Source: an uncultured Verrucomicrobiae bacterium | Lineage (GTDB): Bacteria; Verrucomicrobiota; Verrucomicrobiia; Chthoniobacterales; UBA10450 | Assembly (NCBI GenBank): GCA_963815455.1 | Contig: CAWFGO010000001.1 | Location: 768,001-832,000 of the forward strand | Length of the DNA stretch: 64,000 bases | Reading direction: 5' to 3' | Part shown: one piece after another, positions 19,554 to 28,537 of the stretch | Layout of the letters: every line of letters begins with the position of its first letter | Numbering within the stretch: the stretch's first letter is position 1 | Made by a program: the position numbers and the translations under genes | The notes under the pieces: generated by a model | The model's database searches: none | What the model was told of the DNA's origin: nothing | Seen by the model: only the letters and a program-made list of their open reading frames with translations

Positions 19554-21575
19554 TCAATCCGCAAACGGCTGCGGCCCCCCCATTTCCAACAGGCGTGTAG
19601 CCTCCAGACGATGCTGATCAGCGAGGTCGGAACGGCCAATTCGCCCGTAAATGCGCGAAAGATAGCGATGCGCCAGTACGAAACCAGGCCGCATTCGCAG
19701 AGAGATTTCGAAGGCCTGAACCGCGCGTTCGAACCAACCGAGCCGGGAGAGCAACGCACCGAGTTGAAAGTGCGCCTCGGGAAATTCGTGGCGCAGTCCC
19801 ACCGCCAGTAACGCGTGATCGATTCCCTGCTCGACGAAACTTTGCCGTGGCAACGCCACGCTCAATCCGTAATGACCTTCGGCTGAATCAGGATCGACAT
19901 CCAACACGCGCTTGAATGCGCGTTCGGCCTCGGGCCACCGGCGTTGGCGCAGATAAAGCCGCCCGAGATATGTTTGCGTCACCGGATCGCCCGGCGCAAT
20001 GAGTTCCGCTTCGTGGAAAGCATCCGCGCAGGCTTCCATATCACCGCGCGTCCAGGCCATTACTCCCCGCAACACGTTCGTCTGCGGTGTGGCAGGCTCA
20101 AGGCGTTCCAGTGCCTCGAGCGCCGGTTTCGCGTCTTCCGGCGTCTGCGCGGCCAGGCAGGCCTGCGCGAACGCTCGCCAATAACGTGCCTCGTTCGGAT
20201 GTTTGGCCGTAAGCTTTGACAGGACCTCCTTGCCTTCGCGCGTCCGGCCCGCCTCGCACAAGCTCACTGCCACATTGAAATCGGCTTCCGCCTCCGCCAA
20301 CGCCACCATCCGATGCACATTATTGGCGGGATCGGCGATGTAGCCGAGGTCAACGAGTTGACGCAACGCGGCCTGCGCTGCCGCCGGATTTTCGTCTTCG
20401 ACCTTCGGTAACAGCCGACCATCTTCGCCCGCGACTTTTTCCCATGATGGAATTCGCTCGATATCCGGCGCCTGCTCAAAAGCGCTCACCAGCGGTTTGC
20501 CTTCCATGTCCTCGCCGATAGGCAATCCGAGCAACGTCAGCACCGTTGGCGCGATATCCAGCAGGGTCGCGCCCTCGATTCGTTCGTCCGCGCGAATCCC
20601 CGGGCCGTGCAGCACAAAAATTCCCTGGGGCCGATGCCACTTCGCCGGTTCGACGCGGCCTCGCGGACGCCGTGCCCCGCTTTCGAATCCGTGATCGGAC
20701 ACGATTAGAACATGCGCATTCGGTCCGGCCAGCTCGACCAGGCGTCCCAGCATTAGATCATGAAACCGGTAAATGCCGGTCATCACTTCGCGGTAAAATT
20801 CGAAGTCATGTTCCGGAATTTCGGGCAGACGCGGCGGATGAAACGGCATGAACTCATGGCCGACCTGGTCGATGCACTCGTAGTAGATCGCGCCGAAATC
20901 CCAGGCCTCGTTTTCCAGCAGCTCGGTGGCGACGGCATGCACCGTGATGACTTCAGCCAGTCGTTGGGCCAGGAATTCGAGCCGATGCCTGACCAGCGGG
21001 TCATTCTGATCAAGCTCCGGTGCGCGCGGAATCAATTGCTGAAGCGGCGGCGGCTCGATATCGCGCGGATGGACGCGCAGCTCCGCAAGATTTTCGGCGA
21101 GCGAGCTTGGCTCAACGCTTCCCGGAGGGATCGGCCAGGTGTCCGGCGTCGCGTCGGTTGGCGGAACGCTGAACAGGTTCGAGACCATTGCGCCACGCAC
21201 CGGTTCGGCCGGATGGCTCGCCTGCCACGCGCAAACGACGCTCCGGCGATCGGTTTGCGAAACAATGTTCCAGAGCGCCTTGCAACGCCGTGTCCGGGTG
21301 CCCACTGGGCGCACACCGGATCGGTCCGGCAAGGGCTCGATAAACCCGCGAATACCATGTGCGTAGGCGCGTTTCCCGGTTGCGATACTGGTCCATAGGA
21401 TTGGCGAAAGCATCGGCGACAGCGACGCCACGTTGCCGATCACACCACCTTCGACAAGGCACTGAAGATTCGGCATCAGCCCGGCATCGAGCAAAGGATG
21501 AATCACCTGCCAATCAGCCGCGTCCCAACCCACAAGCAACACGCGCGCTGGATTGTTGCGAACAGGCGAACTCAT
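19554..21575 (-). CDS. alkaline phosphatase superfamily (NPP/phosphodiesterase-like) enzyme with C-terminal TPRs
   Basis: VGWDAAD, LSPILWTSIATG (Ser nucleophile region), DQVGH, VSDHG, WHRPQG, LLDIAPTVL, LVDLGYI, then TPR helices; no signal peptide visible. Confidence 0.85.
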   Translation of the reverse strand: MSSPVRNNPARVLLVGWDAADWQVIHPLLDAGLMPNLQCLVEGGVIGNVASLSPMLSPILWTSIATGKRAYAHGIRGFIEPLPDRSGVRPVGTRTRRCKALWNIVSQTDRRSVVCAWQASHPAEPVRGAMVSNLFSVPPTDATPDTWPIPPGSVEPSSLAENLAELRVHPRDIEPPPLQQLIPRAPELDQNDPLVRHRLEFLAQRLAEVITVHAVATELLENEAWDFGAIYYECIDQVGHEFMPFHPPRLPEIPEHDFEFYREVMTGIYRFHDLMLGRLVELAGPNAHVLIVSDHGFESGARRPRGRVEPAKWHRPQGIFVLHGPGIRADERIEGATLLDIAPTVLTLLGLPIGEDMEGKPLVSAFEQAPDIERIPSWEKVAGEDGRLLPKVEDENPAAAQAALRQLVDLGYIADPANNVHRMVALAEAEADFNVAVSLCEAGRTREGKEVLSKLTAKHPNEARYWRAFAQACLAAQTPEDAKPALEALERLEPATPQTNVLRGVMAWTRGDMEACADAFHEAELIAPGDPVTQTYLGRLYLRQRRWPEAERAFKRVLDVDPDSAEGHYGLSVALPRQSFVEQGIDHALLAVGLRHEFPEAHFQLGALLSRLGWFERAVQAFEISLRMRPGFVLAHRYLSRIYGRIGRSDLADQHRLEATRLLEMGGPQPFAD

Positions 21576-21650
21576 GACCTAAAGCTTCGGATTCTATCGG
21601 CCCTGGGCGACCCTCGCAAATTGCTCCTGCCAGTGCGGTTTTGTCGCGAC

Positions 21651-22340
21651 TCAATCCAACGGTTTTGATTTCCGCCCGCGCCAAATACGCACGCCGAGCG
21701 CGCCCACGGCCATGAGTGACAGAAGTGCTGTCGTCGAAGGTTCGGGAACAATTCCCGGGAATGGGCCGCCACTATCCTCGTAGGCGTACCACACGAGGGT
21801 CCGTGGTTGCGTCGCGTAACCGGAGGAGAGCGCAATGTTTGCGACGCCGAAGTTGTATTGCCCGGTGGATTCGTTGAGAAAACGAAAGCCGATATTATTT
21901 TGATCGCTGTTGAGAACAAAGGCTGTCGGCCCGGTTGTTTCGATGCCGCTCGTTCTACTATAAGTCCATGAACTGTCGATGATCGTGAAGTAGGGGAGAT
22001 TATCGACTAACGTGTTCGAAGTTCCTCCAGTGTAGTTTGAGAGGATGCCGTCATTTGGGCTGGCCGAATTGTTCGCCCAGATGTTCAGCCCGGTGCTGCT
22101 CCATGGATTGATGTCCCACCCCGGAACTGCTGCCGGTGTTATTGAGGTGACACCGGTGACGACATTAATGTAAACACCGGCAGTCGTGCTGGGGATATTG
22201 ATGTTGACGATGCCGCTGTAAATGATCGTTGCGTCCGCGTTGTGGATGGCAGCTGCGGTAAGAGCCGCGCCCGCGATTGTAGCGTATGCCGCGAGGTTGC
22301 GATCAAGACGTGAAGCTGGCTTCTGATTGCGTGGGCTCAT
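21651..22340 (-). CDS. PEP-CTERM sorting-domain protein A (Ser/Thr/Asn-rich)
   Basis: leader ..LAAYATIAGAAL..NADA; C-terminal VPEPSTTALLSLMAVGALGVRIWRGRK. Confidence 0.9.
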   Translation of the reverse strand: MSPRNQKPASRLDRNLAAYATIAGAALTAAAIHNADATIIYSGIVNINIPSTTAGVYINVVTGVTSITPAAVPGWDINPWSSTGLNIWANNSASPNDGILSNYTGGTSNTLVDNLPYFTIIDSSWTYSRTSGIETTGPTAFVLNSDQNNIGFRFLNESTGQYNFGVANIALSSGYATQPRTLVWYAYEDSGGPFPGIVPEPSTTALLSLMAVGALGVRIWRGRKSKPLD

Positions 22341-22464
22341 TCGCGGCCTGATATGCCAAATTCAATAGGAAATTTCAATGATATTCGTTCAGTCGATCGT
22401 TCCGAGGGCCCGAATTTCTTGATCTCTGATGTCCCTCAGAGTGACCAATAGTGAAAGCACCCGT

Positions 22465-24654
22465 TCACTCGCCTGCCTGGCGAGGTTGATGGTATGGTTC
22501 GTGGCGGCGATAAAGTTCCAGGCGCTGTTCGATTTGCCGCGTAAGGGAAATATCATCCATTGCTCTCGCCTTTCCAAGGGCGCGACTCGCCGTCTCTAGT
22601 GCAGTTTGAAAATCTCGGAGCTCGGCATAAGCGGCCGCCAAGGTATCGAGCTGCTCGGCGTCCGGGTCGTTCGTTAGGCCACAGCTTTGTCTCGCCGTCG
22701 CCACAGCATCGGCGCCATCGCGCAATTTTTCATCAGCCGCGGTTGCCAGGAGCCAGGCCAGCTTGGTGCGCGAAACCGTATCGTCACTTTTCAATCTCGC
22801 TGCGTCTCGATAATGCGTGATCGCTTCGCCCCATTGCCGGGTTTTGCTCAGAATATTTGCCAGGCTCAAATGCGCGTCAGCATCATTAGGTCGTCTTTCT
22901 AGCACTTTGCGATAATGAGTAATCGCTTCGTCCAATCGGCCTCTTTGAACAAATATATCGGCAAGCAGTTTGTTCGCCTCCCACAAATCAGGCTTGATTT
23001 GAAGCGCATTCACAAGGTGAGGGATGGCCTGGTTTGGCTGCCCCGATTGCAGAAGCGCGTAGCCGAGGTTGAGGTGGGCTCCGGCCATGCCGGGATTTAT
23101 TTCGATGGCTTTTTGAAACTGGCTGATCGCTTCTGTGACCTGTCCATTTTGCGCGAGAACGGTTCCGAGATTGCTGCGCACCTGTGGAAGGTCTGGAACA
23201 AGATCCAGCGCCGTGTGATATTCCGCGATCGCCTCATTCAACCGGCCAACTCGAGAAAGCGCATTGCCAAGATTGTTATGCGCCTCCGCATATGCGGGCT
23301 GGATTTGTAACGCTCTCCCGTACTCAAAAATCGCTGCGTCAGGCTGACCTTTCTCGTCCAAGGCGAGGCCCAGATTAGTGTGGGCGACGAAATTGTTGGG
23401 GTCGATAGCCAGAGCATGATTCCACAGTTTTTCGCTGTCGTGCCAATAGGAAGCCTCGGCGCGAGTCAGGATTACGAGCCCGGCAATCACAATCGCGCCT
23501 GCCGTGGCGAGAATCTTCCGCCGCCACCGCCACCGAGCGAACAGGTCCGCGGCCCCCCAAATGATCATAATGTAGAGACCGATGTGAGGCAGATAGGTGT
23601 AGCGATCGGCGCGCGCGTAATAGGAAATTTGGACGATTCCGATGACCGGCAACATCATTCCCAAATACCAGAGCCAGCCAACGGCCAAATACGGATGCGT
23701 TTTCCAAACAATGAATACGCCGATTGAAATGGCGATGAGGAGCGCCATGCACAATCCAACCTCGAGAAGCGAGAATCCATTGGGCGGATTGAAATATGGA
23801 ATTGTTAGTCTCGACGGATAAAACATCTGCTCGAGATAAATCACGTAGGAAACCACCGTGTTCTCCAGCCGCGCCCAAAGCGATTCTCGAAAGGCAGGTC
23901 CAACTTTTTCCGGCGAGAGACTCGTGGCCAGGATCGACAATGCCGAAAGGGCGAATAACGGAATCTTCTCCATCAGTAGATGACTTCTGATTTCTGATCT
24001 CTGACCTCTGAATCTTCCCAGCGGCCAATAATCCAACAGCAAGAGGACAAACGGCAGCGTCACCAGCATGCCTTTGGACATCAATCCAAGTGCAAAAAGG
24101 AGCACGACCAGCAAATAGTCGAACACCGGAGGCTTTCCCCGGGCGTACCGCGCATATGCGACCAACGTGAGCATGAAGAAAACGCCACTCAGAACGTCTT
24201 TGCGCTCCGCGATCCAGGCCACCGACTCCACTCGCAGCGGATGGACAGCAAAGAGCGCCGCGACGAATCCACTCCGCCAAATGCTGCCAGTCATTTCGCG
24301 CAATGCCAGAAACAGGAGAATCACCGCGGCGGCATGAAGCGTAACGTTCGTTAAGTGATGGCCGCCGGCCCTGAGCCCAAAGAGTTGGCAATCCAGCATG
24401 TGAGACCACCACGTTACCGGATGCCAGTGACCAATTGCGGCAAATGTGAACGACCACGCAATTCCCTTGAGCGTCAGGCCGCGAAGAACACCCGAATTTT
24501 GATAAACGTACATGTCATCGTCGTAATTGATAAACTGATGCCGGATGGTCTGGCCAAAGCCCAGCCAAACGATCGCTGCCAGAGCTACGCAGATCGCTCC
24601 GACGACGCGACGGTCACGATGTGAGATTCGCGAAGCCTCAGTTTCCAGACCCAT
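22465..24654 (-). CDS. TMTC-like GT-C membrane protein with TPR array (paralog 1)
   Basis: FINYDD luminal acidic motif, WHPVTW, HPLRVESVAWIAERKDVLS, SK, ADRYTYLP, then repeated AHxNLG TPRs. Confidence 0.82.
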   Translation of the reverse strand: MGLETEASRISHRDRRVVGAICVALAAIVWLGFGQTIRHQFINYDDDMYVYQNSGVLRGLTLKGIAWSFTFAAIGHWHPVTWWSHMLDCQLFGLRAGGHHLTNVTLHAAAVILLFLALREMTGSIWRSGFVAALFAVHPLRVESVAWIAERKDVLSGVFFMLTLVAYARYARGKPPVFDYLLVVLLFALGLMSKGMLVTLPFVLLLLDYWPLGRFRGQRSEIRSHLLMEKIPLFALSALSILATSLSPEKVGPAFRESLWARLENTVVSYVIYLEQMFYPSRLTIPYFNPPNGFSLLEVGLCMALLIAISIGVFIVWKTHPYLAVGWLWYLGMMLPVIGIVQISYYARADRYTYLPHIGLYIMIIWGAADLFARWRWRRKILATAGAIVIAGLVILTRAEASYWHDSEKLWNHALAIDPNNFVAHTNLGLALDEKGQPDAAIFEYGRALQIQPAYAEAHNNLGNALSRVGRLNEAIAEYHTALDLVPDLPQVRSNLGTVLAQNGQVTEAISQFQKAIEINPGMAGAHLNLGYALLQSGQPNQAIPHLVNALQIKPDLWEANKLLADIFVQRGRLDEAITHYRKVLERRPNDADAHLSLANILSKTRQWGEAITHYRDAARLKSDDTVSRTKLAWLLATAADEKLRDGADAVATARQSCGLTNDPDAEQLDTLAAAYAELRDFQTALETASRALGKARAMDDISLTRQIEQRLELYRRHEPYHQPRQAGE

Positions 24655-26599
24655 TCGTTTTCTTCGTCTCGATTTCCCTCAGCGCTCCGCGGGCCGGCGC
24701 GTAATCCGGCGCAATTTGAAGCACTCCTTGCAATTCCTGGATCGCTTGATCGACATCGCCGCGGCCAGCCAGGGCCCGGGCGAGATTCGTGCGCGCGAGG
24801 ACGCGCTGCGGTTCAGCTCGCGTGATTGGCGCCAACTGGTCTATCGCTTCATCGTTCCGGCCAAGCGCTACCAGAGCGAAGCCATAATTGATGTGCGCCA
24901 GGGTGTTGTCCGGATCGAGTTGAACCGCCCGCTTCAGCTGTTTCGCGGCGTCCTCGTACCGATTATTGATGAGAGCGATGGAACCGACGCTGTTGAACGC
25001 GGTCGACGAATTCGGATTTAGATAGATTGATTTTTCCAGCTCAGTTAGGGCCTCGGCATAGCGCCCCTGCTTCAACAAGACATTCCCGATATTTGCGTAG
25101 ATCCGCCCATAACGCGGTGATTCCTGGACCGCCTCCCGATACTGAGCGAGCGCGCCATCAAGGTTTCCTTCCACCTCCAGAACGCTTCCGAGATTTTGAT
25201 GGGCAATGAAGTTACCTCGCGTGACCTTCAGGGCGTGAGTGAACAAAGACCTGCTGTTTTGCCAGTAGGAAACCTGAACCCACGTGACGCTGGTAAGAAC
25301 CGCCAGCCACGCACAGACCGCGGTGACGACAGCGGATTTTCCCAGCCGCGAAACCCCGGCCGGAAGGCTCCACGCGACCATAACAAAAACCCCGATTGAC
25401 GGAATATAAGTGTATCGATCGGCAATCGAATGCATCCCAACCTGAACCAAACCGATCACTGGAACCAATGTGCCGAGAAACCAGAGCCAGCCGATTAGCA
25501 GCCACGGACGACGACGGCGACAAACCACTGCGATAGCAGTGATGATCGACAAAATCGCGACGCTGACGATGACATCGGTAAGGCGCCAGTGACCAGGGTG
25601 CGGATAAAAAACGGCCAGGTTCACCGGAGCGATAAGCTTGTCCAAATACATGCGGTATCCGACAAGCGCGCTCGCTGCGCGCGTCCAAATCGGCGAAGCC
25701 GCCAGGCCGACGACGGAGCCAGCGCTGCGTTGAGAGACAATCGCGATTACGCTGAATATCGCCGCGATTAACAACAACGGAATTTTCTCGAGAATAACGC
25801 GCGACCGGGGAAGTGCGCGCGACGCCTCCGTCTCTACTACTGGAGGCGTCGCCTCGGCCGCTATTGCCGGCGCGCCGGGGTCGAGCGCAAAAGGCTTCCA
25901 TCGACATAGGGGCCAGATATCGATCAGCAATAGGAGAAACGGAAATGTGACCCACATTGGCTTCGCCAGAAGAGAGAGAACAAACAGGCATGGTGTTACT
26001 AGATATTTTCTGACCGAAGGCTGGCGCGTGTATGCGACGTAGGCGCCGAGCGCGAGCAAACCGAAAAAGCTGCTGAGCACGTCCTTGCGTTCTGCCACCC
26101 ACGCGACCGATTCGACGTGCAACGGATGTATCGCAAAAAGGGCCGCCACTAACGCACTGCCCCAAATGCTGCTGGTCCGGTCCGCCACTTGGACGGATTC
26201 GGCCCGCGGCGAACTCGGACCATCGGTCATTCGGCAAAAAATTAGAAACAACAACAGCGTATTGACGCCATGCAAGAGCACGCTGGTGAGATGATGGCCG
26301 CCAGCCCAGCCATCCCACATCGTCACGTCGAGCATGTGCGAGAGCCACGTCAGCGGATGCCAGTTACCGCTCTTTAATGTGGTGAAGGCCCAGACGATTC
26401 CCTTCCAGTTCAGCCCATGCAAAACATGCGGGTTTTCCGTGACGTAAAGGTTGTCGTCGTAATTAATAAAATCGTGACGAAGCGCCTGCAGGTAGGGAAG
26501 AACCGCCAGCGCGAAGAGGAGCGCTCCTATCATTGCGGTAACGCGTGAGGCATGCCCTTTGGCAGTTGCATTCATGTTGCGATCAGCTTTCACCGCCAT
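24638..26599 (-). CDS. TMTC-like GT-C membrane protein with TPR array (paralog 2)
   Basis: FINYDDNLYV, WHPLTWLSHMLD, HPLHVESVAWVAERKDVLS, ADRYTYIP, TPRs; overlaps paralog 1 start. Confidence 0.82.
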   Translation of the reverse strand: MAVKADRNMNATAKGHASRVTAMIGALLFALAVLPYLQALRHDFINYDDNLYVTENPHVLHGLNWKGIVWAFTTLKSGNWHPLTWLSHMLDVTMWDGWAGGHHLTSVLLHGVNTLLLFLIFCRMTDGPSSPRAESVQVADRTSSIWGSALVAALFAIHPLHVESVAWVAERKDVLSSFFGLLALGAYVAYTRQPSVRKYLVTPCLFVLSLLAKPMWVTFPFLLLLIDIWPLCRWKPFALDPGAPAIAAEATPPVVETEASRALPRSRVILEKIPLLLIAAIFSVIAIVSQRSAGSVVGLAASPIWTRAASALVGYRMYLDKLIAPVNLAVFYPHPGHWRLTDVIVSVAILSIITAIAVVCRRRRPWLLIGWLWFLGTLVPVIGLVQVGMHSIADRYTYIPSIGVFVMVAWSLPAGVSRLGKSAVVTAVCAWLAVLTSVTWVQVSYWQNSRSLFTHALKVTRGNFIAHQNLGSVLEVEGNLDGALAQYREAVQESPRYGRIYANIGNVLLKQGRYAEALTELEKSIYLNPNSSTAFNSVGSIALINNRYEDAAKQLKRAVQLDPDNTLAHINYGFALVALGRNDEAIDQLAPITRAEPQRVLARTNLARALAGRGDVDQAIQELQGVLQIAPDYAPARGALREIETKKTNGSGN

Positions 26600-26662
26600 T
26601 CACGCCCGCAAAAAATATTGCGCAAGCCTAATACCTTGCGCTCCATCAAAAAACTTGCGCTG

Positions 26663-26702
26663 AAAAACAAAAAGCCCGCGCGAAACTTAATTCGCGCGGG
26701 CT
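26663..26702 (-). terminator. intrinsic terminator of PEP-CTERM gene B
   Basis: 12-bp stem AGCCCGCGCGAA/TTCGCGCGGGCT followed on - strand by TTTTGTTTTT. Confidence 0.85.
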
Positions 26703-26726
26703 CTTGGAGAAATATGCTGCCCGTGA

Positions 26727-27407
26727 TTACGCTTTGCGCTTGCGCCAGGTCCGCACACCTAAAGCGCCAGCCGCCATCACTCCTAACAGAGCGAAGGTTG
26801 ACGGCTCTGGAACCTGGCCGGCCATAATCGAATTGCCCATGTTATCGTAGGCGTACTCGACAAGTAACCGAGGCTGCCCTGAACTGGTTGCGGCTAACGA
26901 AAATCTGGCCCATCCAAAGTTGTAGGTGCTTGTCCCCTCGTTGAGGAAACGGAAGCCAACCACATTGTTACTGCTGCTGAGGTTGAAGGCAGTCGCGCCA
27001 GTTGTTTCGATTGATGAAGTCCTGCCATAGCTCCATGAGGCGTCAATCACGGTTCCCAACGGAATGTTGTCGACTAGAGTAGCGGAAGTTCCTCCCGTGA
27101 AGTTCTGAAGCACCCCATCATTCACGCTGGCCGAATTGTTTGCCCAAACGTTAAATGACGCGCTCCCCCAAGGATTGAGATCCCAGCCGGGAGCACCAGC
27201 TGGCGTGGTCGAGGTCACGCCGGTTACGAAATTGATATAAATGCCAGAAGTCGTGCTCGGAACCGTAAAGTTCACAACGCCGCTCCAAACGATATCGGCA
27301 TCGGCGTTCGGTATTGCAGGCGCGGCCAGCGCAGCACCAGCAACCGCTGCGTACGCTGCCAGACGACCATCAACACGTGGACTAAGTTTAAGATTTCTCG
27401 GGCTCAT
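26727..27407 (-). CDS. PEP-CTERM sorting-domain protein B (paralog of protein A)
   Basis: ATG 27407 after AAGGA RBS; MSPRN..LAAYAAVAGAAL..NADA; shares PGWD(I/L)NPW, WANNSAS.NDG and GFRFLNE with A; C-terminal VPEPSTFALLGVMAAGALGVRTWRKRKA. Confidence 0.9.
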   Translation of the reverse strand: MSPRNLKLSPRVDGRLAAYAAVAGAALAAPAIPNADADIVWSGVVNFTVPSTTSGIYINFVTGVTSTTPAGAPGWDLNPWGSASFNVWANNSASVNDGVLQNFTGGTSATLVDNIPLGTVIDASWSYGRTSSIETTGATAFNLSSSNNVVGFRFLNEGTSTYNFGWARFSLAATSSGQPRLLVEYAYDNMGNSIMAGQVPEPSTFALLGVMAAGALGVRTWRKRKA

Positions 27408-27450
27408 AATGTTTTTCCTTTGCGAGGTATGCGGTCTGTTTTGATCAATT

Positions 27451-27475
27451 TGTGCAAAAAGGTCAAGCTTTTTCG
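27451..27475 (-). promoter_or_regulatory. conserved upstream motif AAAAAG-N6-CTTTTT around a -35-like TTGAC (gene B)
   Basis: TGTGCAAAAAGGTCAAGCTTTTTCG; 23/25 identical to 28339..28363. Confidence 0.65.
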
Positions 27476-27558
27476 AGTAATTCCGGCAGTGAATTGGGGC
27501 CTTCCATCGACGGCAACCGAACGTCGCACTGGCTCTGATTCTACACAGTTCGATTTGG

Positions 27559-27599
27559 AAACAGAAAGCCCGCGCGAAACTCAATCGGCGCGGGCTTTC
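27559..27599 (-). terminator. intrinsic terminator of PEP-CTERM gene C
   Basis: stem GAAAGCCCGCGC/GCGCGGGCTTTC, then TGTTT on - strand; shares AAAGCCCGCGCGAAACT with the terminator at 26671. Confidence 0.8.
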
Positions 27600-27625
27600 G
27601 AGAAAATCGTTCGTTTAAGTTAGTC

Positions 27626-28291
27626 TTATGCTGCTTTGCGTTTGCGCCAGGCGCGCAAACCAAGACCCGCCGCGCCCAAACCTAGCAGGGCCAACGTGGT
27701 CGGTTCCGGCACGATCGAGATGACACCGGGACCGCTGATGCCGAAGTAGTAATCGCCAGTGGCTTGACCGGCCGAGGTGGTGGAGACGAATGTTGTGTCG
27801 CGAAAGCCCGACGTATACAGGAAGTATTGGGTGCCCGCGGTCAGAGCGACGTTGAGCAACCGCGAACCCGGTTGAGCGCCGGTGAACCCAGTGGAAGTCG
27901 CTGTGAGTCCCATGCCAGAGTAGGGGCCTGGAAGGACCGTCAGGGTGCCGGTGAAGTCGTCGCTCGAGAATAGGGGCGCGCCCAGCGCTGGCGGAGTGAA
28001 CGTGTTGGCAAATACCGCCAGCCATGTATCCAACGCGTTGCTCGGCGTTCCAACCGAGTTGATCGAAGCAAGCTCGAAGGTATAGCTCCCGCTCGTACCA
28101 ACAGTGAATGCGTAGACATTGTAATACTGCAGGCTGGTTCCCGCCGTGCTCTGGCCCGTAGCGTGAGCTGTCGGTGACGCCGCAGTGAGAGTGCCATTAC
28201 CGAATACTATGTCGGCGTAGGACACGCTCGAAAGGGCAAAGATGCAGACGACCGACGCTGCGAGGAGTTTAAATGATTTAGTAAGTTTCAT
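27626..28291 (-). CDS. PEP-CTERM sorting-domain protein C (different passenger, PPC-like beta-sandwich likely)
   Basis: ATG 28291 after GGAG; signal peptide ..SYA-D; YNVYAFTV..G.YTF..LDTWLAVF..SDD..LTAGTQYFL; C-terminal VPEPTTLALLGLGAAGLGLRAWRKRKAA. Confidence 0.9.
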   Translation of the reverse strand: MKLTKSFKLLAASVVCIFALSSVSYADIVFGNGTLTAASPTAHATGQSTAGTSLQYYNVYAFTVGTSGSYTFELASINSVGTPSNALDTWLAVFANTFTPPALGAPLFSSDDFTGTLTVLPGPYSGMGLTATSTGFTGAQPGSRLLNVALTAGTQYFLYTSGFRDTTFVSTTSAGQATGDYYFGISGPGVISIVPEPTTLALLGLGAAGLGLRAWRKRKAA

Positions 28292-28338
28292 AAGCAGGAT
28301 CTCCGGTTTTCGTTGTAGAAGTAACTTGTACCCGGTCA

Positions 28339-28363
28339 TGCGCAAAAAGATCAAGCTTTTTCG
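28339..28363 (-). promoter_or_regulatory. conserved upstream motif AAAAAG-N6-CTTTTT (gene C)
   Basis: TGCGCAAAAAGATCAAGCTTTTTCG; - strand TTGATC-N18-TACAAG. Confidence 0.65.
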
Positions 28364-28537
28364 GTGTCCTAAAAGACTCTTTTGGCCGCCCCCCCTGGCG
28401 CTGAGCTACAAGGTCTCTGGGGTAACTCCGCAATTTCTCGGATACTCTTTCTCCTTGCTTGCCTCGGTGCGAAGACTGGTGGGATCGCCATCTTTTTTTT
28501 CCCTGCAGTGATTTGCGGTCGCTGCTAGAGACTGTAG

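Noticed and set aside
27408..27584. N-terminal extensions in the ORF track for PEP-CTERM B (to 27584) and C (to 28354), both containing KKLDLFA
   Set aside because: The shared peptide is the translation of the conserved promoter motif; RBS-supported starts are 27407 and 28291.
21651..28291. PEP-CTERM leaders as RiPP precursor peptides
   Set aside because: The proteins are over 220 aa with AxA signal cleavage sites and C-terminal sorting signals, and no RiPP maturases are nearby.
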